Positions 1 to 10,560 of a stretch of 64,000 nucleotides of DNA are shown piece by piece; position 1 is the first letter of the stretch; every line of letters starts with the position of its first letter. Where the stretch lies: positions 97,588,001 through 97,652,000 of the forward strand of contig NC_043004.1 of assembly GCF_006345805.1 (NCBI RefSeq), in the 5' to 3' direction. This stretch comes from Octopus sinensis (lineage: Eukaryota). The notes below the pieces were generated by a model. The model was not told where the DNA came from, made no database searches, and was given only the letters and a program-made list of their open reading frames with translations. Both the position numbers and the translations under genes were made by a program.

Positions 1-882
1 AAGGGATTAAGTCGATTACATTGACCCCAGTGAGTAACTGGTACTTATTTAATCAACCCCCAAAATGATGAAAGGCAAAGTCAACCTCGGCGGAATTTGA
101 ACTCAGAACGTAGTGGCAGACGAAATACCTATTTCTTTACTACCCACAAGGGGCTACACACAGAGGGGACAAACAAGGACAGACAAAAGGATTAAGTCGA
201 TTACATTGACCCCAGTGCGTAACTGGTACTTGTTTAATCAACCTCAAAAATGATGAAAGGCAAAGTCAACCTCGGCGGAATTTGAACTCAGAACGTAGTG
301 GCAGACGAAATACCTATTTCTTTACTACCCACAGAGGGGACAAACAAGGACAGACAAAAGGATTAAGTCGATTACATTGACCCCAGTGAGTACCTGGTAC
401 TTATTTAATCAACCCCCAAAATGATGAAAGGCAAAGTCAACCTCGGCGGAATTTGACTCAGAACGTAGTGGCAGACGAAATACCTATTTCTTTACTACCC
501 ACAGAGGGGACAAACAAGGACAGACAAAAGGATTAAGTCGATACATTGACCCCAGTGCGTAACTGGTACTTGTTTAATCAACCTCAAAAGGATGAAGGCA
601 AAGTCAACAACCTCGGCAGAATTTGAACTCAGACGTAGTGGCAGACGAAATACTATTTCTTTACTACCCAAGGGGCTACACACAGAGGGGACAAACAAGG
701 ACAGACAAAAGATTAAGTCGATTACATTGACCCCAGTGCGTAACTGGTACTTGTTTAATCAACCTCAAAAAGATGAAAGGCAAAGTCGACATCGGCGGAA
801 TTTGAACTCAGAACGTAGCAACAGACAAAATACCCCTAAGCATTTCGTCCGGCATGCTAACGATTCTGCCAGCTCACCACCT
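1..882 (-). repeat. Tandem array of a tRNA-derived SINE: one tRNA-like head plus at least 5 body units of about 170-185 bp; runs off the window start
   Basis: Motif GGATTAAGTCGA recurs at about 4, 189, 360, 530 and 710. A single head (minus strand GGTGAGCTGGCAGAATCGTTAGCATGCCGG) lies at about 840-882. The body carries GCCTTTCATC..GATTAAATAAGTACCAG, which resembles the Meta-SINE central domain. Confidence 0.9.
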
Positions 883-1260
883 TTGTATGCCCAAGTATTG
901 ACAACTTTGAATATTTGCAAATGTTTCATGATTTTTAATGAAATCTCATGGTTTTAAAGATCCTTGCATGAAAATACCATGACATAATTTATATTTGAAA
1001 TAAGGACTACATTACAGGGTTAAAATTATTTGAACATGCTGCTCAATAAAAGTAGGATAATCCTATAAAAACACCAGTTTTAAATCTTTTAACATTCAGA
1101 TTTTGTTTGACAAATCAATAAACCTGTAATTAATTTTTAAATATAAAATAATTTTACCGGAAAATCATAAAATTAGTGTTTGACACTTTTCTTGTAAAAA
1201 TATTTTTGTTGTTATTTGATGTAAATGTGGTGTTGTGGTCCTTATGCTTATAACTTTATT

Positions 1261-1471
1261 ACTCTCTTTTACTCTTTTACTTTTTTCAGTCATTTGACTG
1301 CGGCCATGCTGGAGCACCGCCTTTAGTCGAGCAAATCGACCTGGGACTTATTCTTTGTAAGCCCGGTACTTATTCTATCGGTCTCTTTTGCCGAACCGCT
1401 AAGTTACGGGGACGTAAACACACCAGCATCGGTTGTCAAGCAATGCTAGGGAGACAAACACAGACACACAA

Positions 1472-1506
<35 letters not shown>

Positions 1507-1680
1507 CATATATACGACAGGCTTCTTTCAGTTTCCGTCTACCTAATCCACTCACAAGGCATTGGTCAGCCCAAGGCTATAGTAGAAGACACTTGCCCAA
1601 GATGCCACGCAGTGGAACTGAACCCAGAACCATGTGGTTGTTTAGCAAGCTACTTACCACACGGCTACTCCTGCGCCTAT
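1261..1680 (-). mobile_element. tRNA-derived CORE-type SINE (major family), full length
   Basis: Minus strand reads head ATAGGCGCAGGAGTAGCCGTGTGG, CORE-like GTGGCATCTTGGGCAAGTGTCTTC, an internal (TA)/(TG) tract, and tail CCAGCATGGCCGCAGTCAAATGACTGAAA followed by (AAAAGAGT)n. Confidence 0.9.
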
Positions 1681-1958
1681 TGTGTAACATATTTTTGAAC
1701 ATTTTACATTTTATTGAATATTTCACAAGAAAAAGATGTCTTTGCAACTCTATCTGAATTCTAATATGTCAACTTGCTTGTGAATCTTTGCTGTAGGCTA
1801 TCTGATTTATGGTAGCAGAGCAGACAGTTACAAACACACCATAGTTATAAACACACACTTATCTTCATTATTTGAAGTGTATGTGTGTATTCAAAGTGGA
1901 ACCCCCAGCATTGCTATGGTCTATTGACTGAAACATTTAAAAGATAAACGATCTATGA

Positions 1959-2302
1959 ATAGGCGCAGGAGTGGCTGTGTTGTAAGTAGCTTGTTAACCA
2001 ACCACATGGTTCCGGGTTCAGTCCCACTGCGTGGCACGTTGGGCAAGTGTCTTCTACTATAGCCTCGGGCTGACCAATGCCTTGTGAGTGGATTTGGTAG
2101 ACGGAAACTGAAAGAAGCCTGTCGTATATATGTAAATATATATATATGTGTATGTGTGTGTTTGTGTGTCTGTGTTTGTCCCCCTAGCATTGCTTGACAA
2201 CCGATGCTGGTGTGATTATGTTCCCGTTACTTGCTCGACTAAAAGGCAGTGCTCCAGCATGGCCGCAGTCTAATGACTGAAACAAGTAAAAGAGTAAAAG
2301 AG
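1959..2302 (+). mobile_element. CORE-type SINE with internal deletion in the 3' half
   Basis: Same head, CORE and tail as 1261-1680. It lacks the GGTTCGGCAAAAGAGACCGATAG segment. Confidence 0.9.
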
Positions 2303-2858
2303 AGAGATTATATGTATCTCTGTATGCTTGTATAGCTATGTTTCTGTGATGAATTATCTCGGCAAAGAGAACAGAAATGTGGAAACTCAAATTTAATCTT
2401 TCTAAATATATTACCATCAGTCCAGTCACAAGGTGGCAAAATTCTGTTTAAGGAAACTACATGGAATCCATAATCATGTGATTGAAGAAAGCAGAGGATC
2501 TCTCCTCTGCAACTAAGGATATCTCTGGACCAATCTGGCCTTCCTGTTTCTCCAGTACTTTACATTTTTAAAAATCTTTTTCTTGATTCTGTCATTTCAC
2601 TGCGGCCATGCTGGGGCAGCGCTTTGAAGAATTTTCGTCGATAGAATTGACACCATTGATAATTCATATTTCTTGTTCTACTCCTTCCCTCTCATCCTAC
2701 TCCCTTAGTTCCTCTTACCCATCCTGAAGTACGCCTACCATTAGTCTCACCTTTGCTCTCACTCCTTTGACCACTCTCTCTTTCTTTTCCTCCTGTTATT
2801 TCTTTCGCCTTTTTGATCCATCCTCAATTAAATCATCCAAAGTGAACAAATAATTTAA

Positions 2859-3071
2859 TCCTTTAGCATTCCGATTACTCCATCAAATGCAAAGCTTTTT
2901 TATCCACATTGTTTTCAATTAATTTTGCATTATCTCATAGAATTGAAAGCTCAATGAGGTGATTGCATGCTTTTAGTATGACAATTAAAGGTATGCGTGA
3001 GAGGCAAGATCTAATCAGTTTCAACATGACGCAGGTAGAATATTTAGGCTGGATATTTAAATGCTAAAAGG
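2859..3071. mobile_element. MITE with (C/T)CCTTTAGCATT terminal inverted repeats, piggyBac-like
   Basis: TTAA|TCCTTTAGCATT at the left end and AATGCTAAAAGG|TTAG at the right end. Related to 55934-56162 and 60961-61147. Confidence 0.6.
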
Positions 3072-3403
3072 TTAGAATAATAGTGGCTTTCAAATCTTTA
3101 GGTTGTGTGGAAACTCCACGTTTTTTGAGGATGCTATAAATTCATCTTGAACTCTCTGTAAAAGGGTTGGCAAGTGAAAACAGACATGGAGTCAAGAGAA
3201 GACTATATAGTCTTGTTGAGGATCAGACAATCTCTTAAGTGTTGGGTCTGAGAAAAACTGTAAAGTCTACAAAGTGTTTGGTGTAAGGAAAGGAGTCGAA
3301 TAAATGCTGATTCTAACTCTGTGGTCTGTCCAACTCATACCAGCAGGGAAAGTGGACATAAAGCAATGATGAGAATTTGTATGTGTACCAGTATCAATGG
3401 GAT

Positions 3404-3640
3404 CATCGTCATCATCGTCGTCGTAGCCATCATCATCAGCATTATCATCATTTAACATCTGTTTTCTACGTGGGCATGGGTTGGACCAGAGCTAGTAAGG
3501 CTGGGTCTGCACCAGGCTCTATTGTCTGTCCTGAAATGGTTTCAATTGTAAGAAGCCCTTTCTAATGCCAAGCATTTTACAGAGTGTGCTGGGTGTTCTT
3601 TATGTGATACCAGCACCTAGTGCTGATACCACAGCACTGG
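3404..3640 (-). mobile_element. Degenerate RTE-type 3' tail fragment ending in (GAT)n
   Basis: CATCAT..TTTAACATCTGTTTTC..GCATGGGTTGGAC..GCCCTTTCTAATGCCAA matches 41427-41905 and 53630-53855. An opposite-strand tail of the same type ends at about 3375. Confidence 0.55.
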
Positions 3641-4115
3641 GAGTGTTTGTACGAAGTTGGTGTGTCAAACAAAAAACGCTTGCAATACTTATTTACAACT
3701 GAGTTATATCCCTTTGCTTTGAGAATAACTTGTTTTCAATCATTTGTGAGATCGATAAAATAATAAATGGATAAGAACTGCTGTTGATATGACAAAATCA
3801 ACAAAAGCCCTTGAAGGTAGAACCCCAGCCTGGCAGTGATTCAAAAGCTAAGACTGATAAATTAATAAAATAATTATATACCTAGTTGATTAAATATAAA
3901 ATTGGACGGTGTTTAAGCAATATGATTTAGTCTATAATGTCTGCGTTTCTCTGCTATGATAATGGAGGAAGGATGTTATATGAGTGATTTTACACCTAAT
4001 CTAAGTCTTGTGGAAGGTTTAGTTGAGTATTTAGCTTTTTCCATAGCCGTCATCTAAGGGTGGGATAGGAACTGTTATTATGACGATTCTTTCCAATGAA
4101 TTAATATTACAGAGA

Positions 4116-4501
4116 TGTGGAGGCGCAATGGCCCAGTGGTTAGGGCAGCGGACTCGCGGTCGTAGGATCACGGTTTCGATTCCCAGACCGGGCGTTGTGA
4201 GTGTTTATTGAGTGAAAACACCTAAAGCTCCACGAGGCTCCGGCAGGGATGGTGGTGATCCATGCTGTACTCTTTCACCACAACTTTCTCTCACTCTTAC
4301 TTCCTGTTTCTGTTGTACCTGTATTTCAAAGGGCCGGCCTTGTCACTCTGTGTGCTGCTGAATATCCCCGAGAACTACGTTAAGGGTACACGTGTCTGTG
4401 GAGTGCTCAGCCACTTACACGTTAATTTCACGAGCAGGCTGTTCCGTTGATTCGGATCAACCGGAACCCTCATCGTCGTAACCGACGGAGTGTTTCCATC
4501 C
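4116..4501 (+). mobile_element. tRNA-derived SINE (head H1 + long tail T1), full length
   Basis: A/B-box-like TGGCCCAGTGGTTAGGGC and GGTTTCGATTCCC. 10-bp TSD ATTACAGAGA at 4106-4115 and 4502-4511. Confidence 0.93.
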
Positions 4502-4964
4502 ATTACAGAGAAAACCTATCAATCGAGGCTAATTGATGTACATGTGTACATCATCATTTGATGCAAGCAACCTTGGAAAAGCAGATGTTAAAATGCATGT
4601 ATGTATGTGTGTGCATACGTATGGGCATATAAATGTGTGTATGTAAGTGTAGATGTATGTGCATGTGTACGTATATATGAAAGTATCTGTGAATGTGTGT
4701 AATCATTATCATCATCGTCATCATCATTTAATGCAGATTTTTCATGTTGGCATGGTTCAGATAGATCGTCACAGACCGATTCAATGCACATTTGGAGTTA
4801 TTACATTCTTGGTCAAGTTGGGGACCACATTTTATTTACGTTCTCTTTTCAGTATGGCTTCTACAGTTTCTAGCCCTTCCTATCACCAAACACTCTACGA
4901 AGTATTTGGCAATAAGAAAGGTCTTAATTGTTATGATCCCAGCACTAAAAGAGGAGGAGAAGGG

Positions 4965-5032
4965 TGGTGATGATGATGATGATGATGAGGTAGATGGTAG
5001 TGTTGTGGATGATGAGGATGATGATGATGATG
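4965..5032. repeat. (GAT)n/(GGT)n microsatellite
   Basis: Direct reading of the sequence. Confidence 0.85.
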
Positions 5033-5370
5033 GTTTTGAAATATTGATGAGAGTGGCGATGTTGGTGAAAACAATTTTACATCATGTAAATTGTAAATGC
5101 AAATTTTCACATGAATAAATTCCTTACATCTGTTATTGTTTGCCAACCTTCGTACGTCCATGCCCGTTCAATGATGATCGTTCTTCTAGCCAGATTTCTT
5201 GTGGACATTCCAGCCCTGATGAATAAGTTGAAGTTTAAGATTTTGGATTTCTCAGAGACCTATTTGAATGACTATCTACACCACAATACCTTTAGCATTG
5301 TATAACATATTGTGTGTCTGTGTGTGTGTGAGTGTAGGGATACTTTTTTTGGTATATATGTATATTTGCA

Positions 5371-5690
5371 TATTACCTCCGCCTTCGCAAAAAGGAGGTA
5401 TTGTTTTCAGTCGCATTCGTTTGTTTGTTTATCCGTGGACAAGATATCTCGAGAACCACTGGATGGATTCGATGAAACTTCCAGGGATGTTTGGCCTCTT
5501 GACCGACACGAACTGATTAGATTTTAGGATCGATCCTGTTCTGGACAAAAATTTTGGATTATTTGTAATATTTACTTTATTTACATGAAGTATTACGATC
5601 TTAAGGACTTTCAAGTCTTTCTCTGATGGTTTTCACGTAAGCTATGGTGGCGTTGCTGTTTCCAAACTTTTATTTTCGTTTCTTTATTAT
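5371..5690 (+). mobile_element. 5' part of a Helentron-associated non-autonomous element (HINE/DINE-like)
   Basis: Starts TATTACCTCCGCC..GGAGGTATTGTTTTC, followed by GTTTGTTTGTTT and ACTGGATGGATTCGATGAAACTT, the usual start of such elements as I recognise it. Confidence 0.6.
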
Positions 5691-5693
5691 TAA

Positions 5694-6092
5694 CTAGCAG
5701 TATCGCCCGGCGTTGCTCGGGTTTGTAAGGGAAATAACTATATAAGCCTTTTTAGAGAGTTATAGCCAAAAAATAGTTTTAAAAATGCATTAAAAATGGA
5801 AAAAAAATTATGGTAATTTTTTTTAAATCGTTGACTCATCGTAGACATTTTTAGAGAGTTACTTCCCTTATATAATAGCGAAAAAAATGCATTAAAATGG
5901 AAAAAAAATGATGGTAAATTATTTTTAAAATCGTAGACTCATCGTAGACGCGCGCTAATACCCAGAAGAGCTCGATATGAATCACGACTATAAGATACCC
6001 GGTTTTGGTTACACTGCACCGCAAAATGTGGGAGTAGTTAGGAATCTAAATCGTAGGAGACAGACACACAACCTTACTTTTATATATAAAGA
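5694..6092 (-). mobile_element. Non-autonomous Helitron, 399 bp
   Basis: Minus strand begins A|TCTTTATATATAAAAG. It ends with GC hairpin CCCGAGCAACGCCGGG then CGATACTG-CTAG|T, so it sits in an AT target. It has an internal duplication of about 105 bp. Confidence 0.85.
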
Positions 6093-6574
6093 TTTTACTC
6101 GCGTCTCTATCTTAGTAGAAACTGATGGATAAAGAAATCAAACTACATAAACAAACGGCAACGAAACCGATCAGAAATTAAATAACGCTAAAATATTTAG
6201 GAACAATAATAAATTTAATCTATCCTCGACAATTTTTAGTTTTACCAATTTTGAATATATCGCTCCTGTTTAAAACCTGTTACCTATTTGACAATTGCAT
6301 TTCTAGATCTGCCTTGAAGGAAGCTTTACTTCTTTGACTCATGTTTTTGTGCGCAACGATGTAGTTCAACCTCCGTTAACAGCATCGTAGCAGGTCCTTT
6401 CCATTTCCTTTCACGCACGGATAAACTTTTCACTATAGACCTTAACGGTCGTAAAGACACTATATCAGTGGATAGACTAAAAAAGGCCTTCATATGGAAA
6501 ACTGTTCTTGTTCCCACGGCAAACGACACACACATAGCATTACAAACATGGCTCGAATACCCACCTTCACTTTC

Positions 6575-6790
6575 CATTACTACCATTGGGATGGATCAAG
6601 TACCGAACAAGGATTTTGGATTATTTTTCCGGTATTTTTACTTAATTTTTGTGTACGGGTTCATTTTTGATATTCCCGTTTGTGAGAGTAGTCGAGTTTA
6701 TTTAAGATATTCTCATTTTAAAAATCATCTCCAGCTAATCGTTGGTGTTGCCTTGATGAAGGTTAGCGCTCTATGAGTGCTCCTCTTTCA
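6575..6790 (+). mobile_element. 3' part of a HINE-like element
   Basis: GGATTTTGGATTATTT is shared with about 5550. It ends CCTTGATGAAGGTTAGCGCTCTATGAGTGC, a decayed CCTTGGCGGAGGT..GCGCTCT..GAGTGC terminus. Confidence 0.5.
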
Positions 6791-7151
6791 GTATGGTTTC
6801 ATGACAAAAATTCCCAGTTCTTCGAGCACTTCAGTTAAGGGTGTTATTAATCACATCCATTTTGGATAGGATTCAATCACGCCGTTTCATACTATCGTGT
6901 ATCTCTAGAAATTTCAGGATGCTGCTTTATTTAGAAGCAAACAGACTAGTCATGGTTAATGGTAATTTAATTTGCATTTCAAGTTCCAGCGTGCACCATA
7001 GGGGCAAAAAGTGAGTCCAGGTCTTGTAGTGTATACACAACTACTATTCTCACCAACAGTACAAATTAAGAGTTCATTGTGAATATTTAATAACACTTGT
7101 ATGTGTATCTCTGTCTTTCTGTATGTCCTCTTTCTCTTTCTCTCTATATAT

Positions 7152-7352
7152 CAGTGCTTTTCAAACATTCTGCTGGAGCGGAACCCCAAGGAAACATTTC
7201 ACTGGCTCGAGGAACCCCTGTGCAATAATTTAATAGTCTTATGCACACATATCTGCACAGAAGACTTAAAAATTACTGCCGATTTTAGCAGTTTTGTAAC
7301 TTCTTGCGGAACCCCTGGACTGTACTGGCGGAACCCTGGTTGAAAATCACTG
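7152..7352. mobile_element. hAT-derived MITE
   Basis: TIRs CAGTGCTTTTCAA and TTGAAAATCACTG, internal GGAACCCC repeats, and a near-perfect 8-bp TSD (CTATATAT / CTCTATAT). Confidence 0.75.
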
Positions 7353-7384
7353 CTCTATATGTATTCTTATGGGAACTGACTGTG

Positions 7385-7750
7385 CACTGAGAGGACGCTT
7401 GCTATATGCAAGGAACCGTAAAACAGCGCAGAAGGCAGAGCTAACAGGCCTCGTTGTGAGGCAGTTGAAGTGGGTTTTCAAGGTGTTGTGGGCATTCATT
7501 CTGCAGAGCTTTGACTTGGCTTGGAGTTACTGCTGCAGCAAAAAGGAGGTTTATCAATTACATTGCTAAAGCAACAGAGAAGCTTGCTAGGTGGCTTTGA
7601 ATAAAAAGGGAATACCTGTGGTTTGTTGCTATTGGGATACAAGCTGGTATTTGATCAACCCCAGCTGGGTCAACTGGGTGAGAGAGTCTGATTTTGAAAG
7701 ACTTGAAACCGTCTGAGACCTTAGAAACATCACTGATGATGCATCCCAGA
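7385..7750 (+). pseudogene. HERO-like RLE LINE relic: endonuclease C-terminus plus 3' UTR
   Basis: With frameshifts it reads CEAVEVGFQGVVG..FCRALTWLGVTAAAKRRF..KATEKLARWL*IKRE. It is followed by TGATCAACCCCAGCTGGGTCAACTGGGTGAG..ACATCACTGATGATG, which resembles the HERO 3' UTR. Confidence 0.7.
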
Positions 7751-8002
7751 CCATCCACAAGATGTAGATTTAAAATAAACAAGGCTAAATCTTAAAACTG
7801 TAGCCAATAACTGTTTTGCAGTATTAAGCTACTGCTCTTAAAGTTCTGAGATCGAATCCCAACGAAGACAAGTTTGGCTTTCTTCCCTTCAAGGTGAAAA
7901 GACAAAGTACTACTCAAGTCCCCCTCCTACAAAATTGCTTGCCTTATAACTATTTTTTTAATTATAGTAACTGCATTTTTATTTATTATTTCCTGTCCTT
8001 AA

Positions 8003-8400
8003 GACAGCAAGCTGACAGAATCGTTAGCACGCCGGGTGAAATGGATAGCGGTATTTCGTCTGCCGCTACGTTCTGAGTTCCATATCCGTCGAGGTCGACT
8101 TTGCCTTTCATCCTTTCGGGGTCGATAAATTAAGTACCAGTTACGCACTGGGGTCGATGTAATCGACTTAATACCTATGCCTGTCCTTGTTTGTCCCTTC
8201 TGTGTTTAGCCCCTTGTGGGTAATAAAGAAATAGGTATTAGGTCTGCCGCTACGTTCTGAGTTCCATATCCGTCGAGGTCGACTTTGCCTTTCATCCTTT
8301 CGGGGCTCGATAAATTAAGTACCAGTTGCGTACTGGGATCGATCTAATCGACTAGCCTCCTCCCCCAAAATTTCGGGCCTTGTGCCTAGAGTAGGAAAAA
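8003..8400 (+). mobile_element. Dimeric Meta-like SINE (one head, two bodies)
   Basis: Head at 8003-8050 and junction AAAGAAATA|GGTATT at 8233/8234. The second body ends with a different tail (CCCAAAATTTCGGGCCTTGTGCC). Confidence 0.88.
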
Positions 8401-8590
8401 ATCAGCACGCCAGACAAAATGTCATTTCACCCATCTTTACGGCTTGAGTTCAAATTCCACCAAGGGCGACTTCTTCTTTCATGCTTTCACTGTCGATAAA
8501 ATAAGTACAGCTGAACAAGGGGATTGATGTAATCGACTTACTCACTCCCTTAGAATTGCTGGCCTTGTGCCAAAATTTGAAACCATTATT
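8401..8590 (+). mobile_element. Older Meta-like SINE copy
   Basis: GAGTTCAAATTCC..CTTTCATGCTTTC..GATAAAATAAGTAC..GGCCTTGTGCCAAAATTTGAAAC. Confidence 0.7.
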
Positions 8591-8605
8591 CCCTTGCTGC
8601 TGATT

Positions 8606-9022
8606 TACTCTTACTCTTTTACTTGTTTCAGTCATTTGACTGCGGACATGCTGGAGCACCGCCTTTAGTCGAGCAAATCGACCCCGGGACTTATTCTTTG
8701 TAAGCCCAGTACTTATTCTATCAGTCTCTTTTGCCGAACCGCTAAGTGACGGGGACGTAAACACACCAGCATCGGTTGTCAAGCAATGCTAGGGGGGGCA
8801 AACACAGACACACAAACATATACACACACACTTATATATATATATATACATATATACGACGGGCTTCTTTCAGTTTCCGTCTACCAAATGCACTCACAAG
8901 GCATTGGTCGGCCCGGGGCTATAGCAGAAGACACTTGCCCAAGATGCCACGCAGTGGGACTGAACCCGGAACCATGTGGTTGGTTAGCAAGTTACTTACC
9001 ACACAGCCACTCCTGCGCCTAT
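8606..9022 (-). mobile_element. CORE-type SINE, full length
   Basis: Near-identical to 1261-1680. Confidence 0.9.
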
Positions 9023-9852
9023 TATTGTTTTTCTATACAAATTTTTTCTGGTACTTGATTCTTTGTAATCCCTACCATTTTTATAATTTTCCCTATAATG
9101 TCCCCACCTCATCTGTTCAGTATGAAAGTATCGTTGTTGTTACTGTTGTTGTAATTGTTGATTTCATTCAATATATTTGATTTTCCCATATCTTTAATTG
9201 ATTGACATTTATTTTTTTGTTTGCAGATTTCATAAACCTTTGAAAGTCAAATGAAAACTAGGTTAATTTTTAATGATCACGCTAAAGGTATTTTTTTCTG
9301 ATAAAAATTTTCTTTGCAAATTTACATTTATTTTCCCTTCATTTTAATATTTATTTATTTTCCATTTATTTTAATTTTCTTCATATATTTGATTTTATTG
9401 TTGTTGTGGTTGCTTATGGTGTGTGAGAAGGGGGTATTTTTCGTTTTCTTTCCTTCTTATCATATTTGTTTCCTGATTTTATCTGTTCGGCTGTTTGCTA
9501 CTTATTTTTAGTCTTTATTTCTGTGGGTTTTCATCGTTATATTTTGCGTTTGTTTAGTCAATTATAGGCTTACAGAATAAATTATGTTTCAGCTTTAGGG
9601 AGATATCGAAAGATATATCTTAGTAATCATTTTCTCGAAATATCTGGTTGAAGGCAGCTAACTTATTGCAAGCTCTAGCATGACTCTGTGGTTAAGAATT
9701 TCGATTCTCAACCTTGTACTGCTGCTTTCTCTCCATTGTTTGGTACTTTAGTTAAGTGTCTTCTGTTGTAACTGCAAATTTAGCCTTATTGCATAAGTAG
9801 AATTTAGCATATGAAAATAGCTAACAATAATTGTATGTTTGTATGTATATAA

Positions 9853-9997
9853 GATGTGGATGTGGTAAGTACCTCCATGTTCAGTCCCACTGCGTAACAC
9901 CTTGGGCAAATGTCGTCTTCTATAGCCTCGGGCCGACCAAAGCCTGGTGAGTGGTAGACGGAAACTGAAAAAAGCTTGTTGTGCTTATATATATATA

Positions 9998-10055
<58 letters not shown>

Positions 10056-10560
10056 TGAGGCCCTTTTCTTTTCCAGCGCAGCAAGTATAGATGGGCTGGA
10101 CACGTCGCCCGGCTCACCGATAATCGGTGGACGCACGCAGTCGTCGGGTGGTACCCGCGTGAGCGGAAAAGACCACCCGGAAGACCTCCACGACAGTGGA
10201 GTGACGATTTCAAGAGGACGATTGGGATCACGTGGATGAGAAAGGCGCGATCCAGAGAGGAGTGGACAGCGTGCTGTGACCAGCGGTGTCAAATGGACGC
10301 CTGACGGACTGGTCGGTCAAAGTGATCAAAGTGATATATATATGTATGTATGTTTGTGTGTCTGAGTTTGTCCGCTCACCATCGCTTGACAACCGATGTT
10401 GGCGTGTCTACGTCCCCATAACTTAGTGGTTCAGCAAAAGAAACTGATAGAATAAGTACTAGGCTTATAAAAATAAGACCTGGGGGTTGACTTGTTCGAC
10501 TAGGAGGTGGTGCTCCAGCATGACTGCAGTCAAAGGACTGAAACAAATAAATGAATAAAA
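9853..10560 (+). mobile_element. CORE-type SINE interrupted in its internal (TA)n tract by an RTE fragment
   Basis: Head and CORE at 9853-9985, (TA)n to 10051, insert at 10052-10334, 3' half at 10335-10560. Confidence 0.8.
10052..10334 (+). pseudogene. 5'-truncated RTE LINE, RT C-terminus and 3' end
   Basis: Translates QRSKYRWAGHVARLTDNRWTHAVVGWYPRERKRPPGRPPRQWSDDFKRTIGITWMRKARSREEWTACCDQRCQMDA* with the stop at 10302-10304. The WAGHVAR..W..P...R..GRP..W signature is typical of RTE. Tail (TCAAAGTGA)2. Confidence 0.92.

Noticed and set aside
1-882. CRISPR or coding tandem repeat (ORFs 495-698 and 592-957)
   Set aside because: The units are whole SINE bodies with no unique spacers, and the ORFs are incidental.
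4116-4195. tRNA genes at SINE heads (also 12021, 38925, 44870, 55609 and others)
   Set aside because: A/B boxes are present but there is no complete cloverleaf. Each is fused to a SINE body and several have TSDs.
6326-6776. Overlapping ORFs of 86 and 102 aa as a captured gene or recombinase
   Set aside because: No motif I can recognise with confidence, and part of the region overlaps a HINE-like end.
7660-7750. Hammerhead-like words (CTGAT..GAAAC) in the HERO-like 3' UTR
   Set aside because: The core and helices are too degenerate to support a ribozyme fold.
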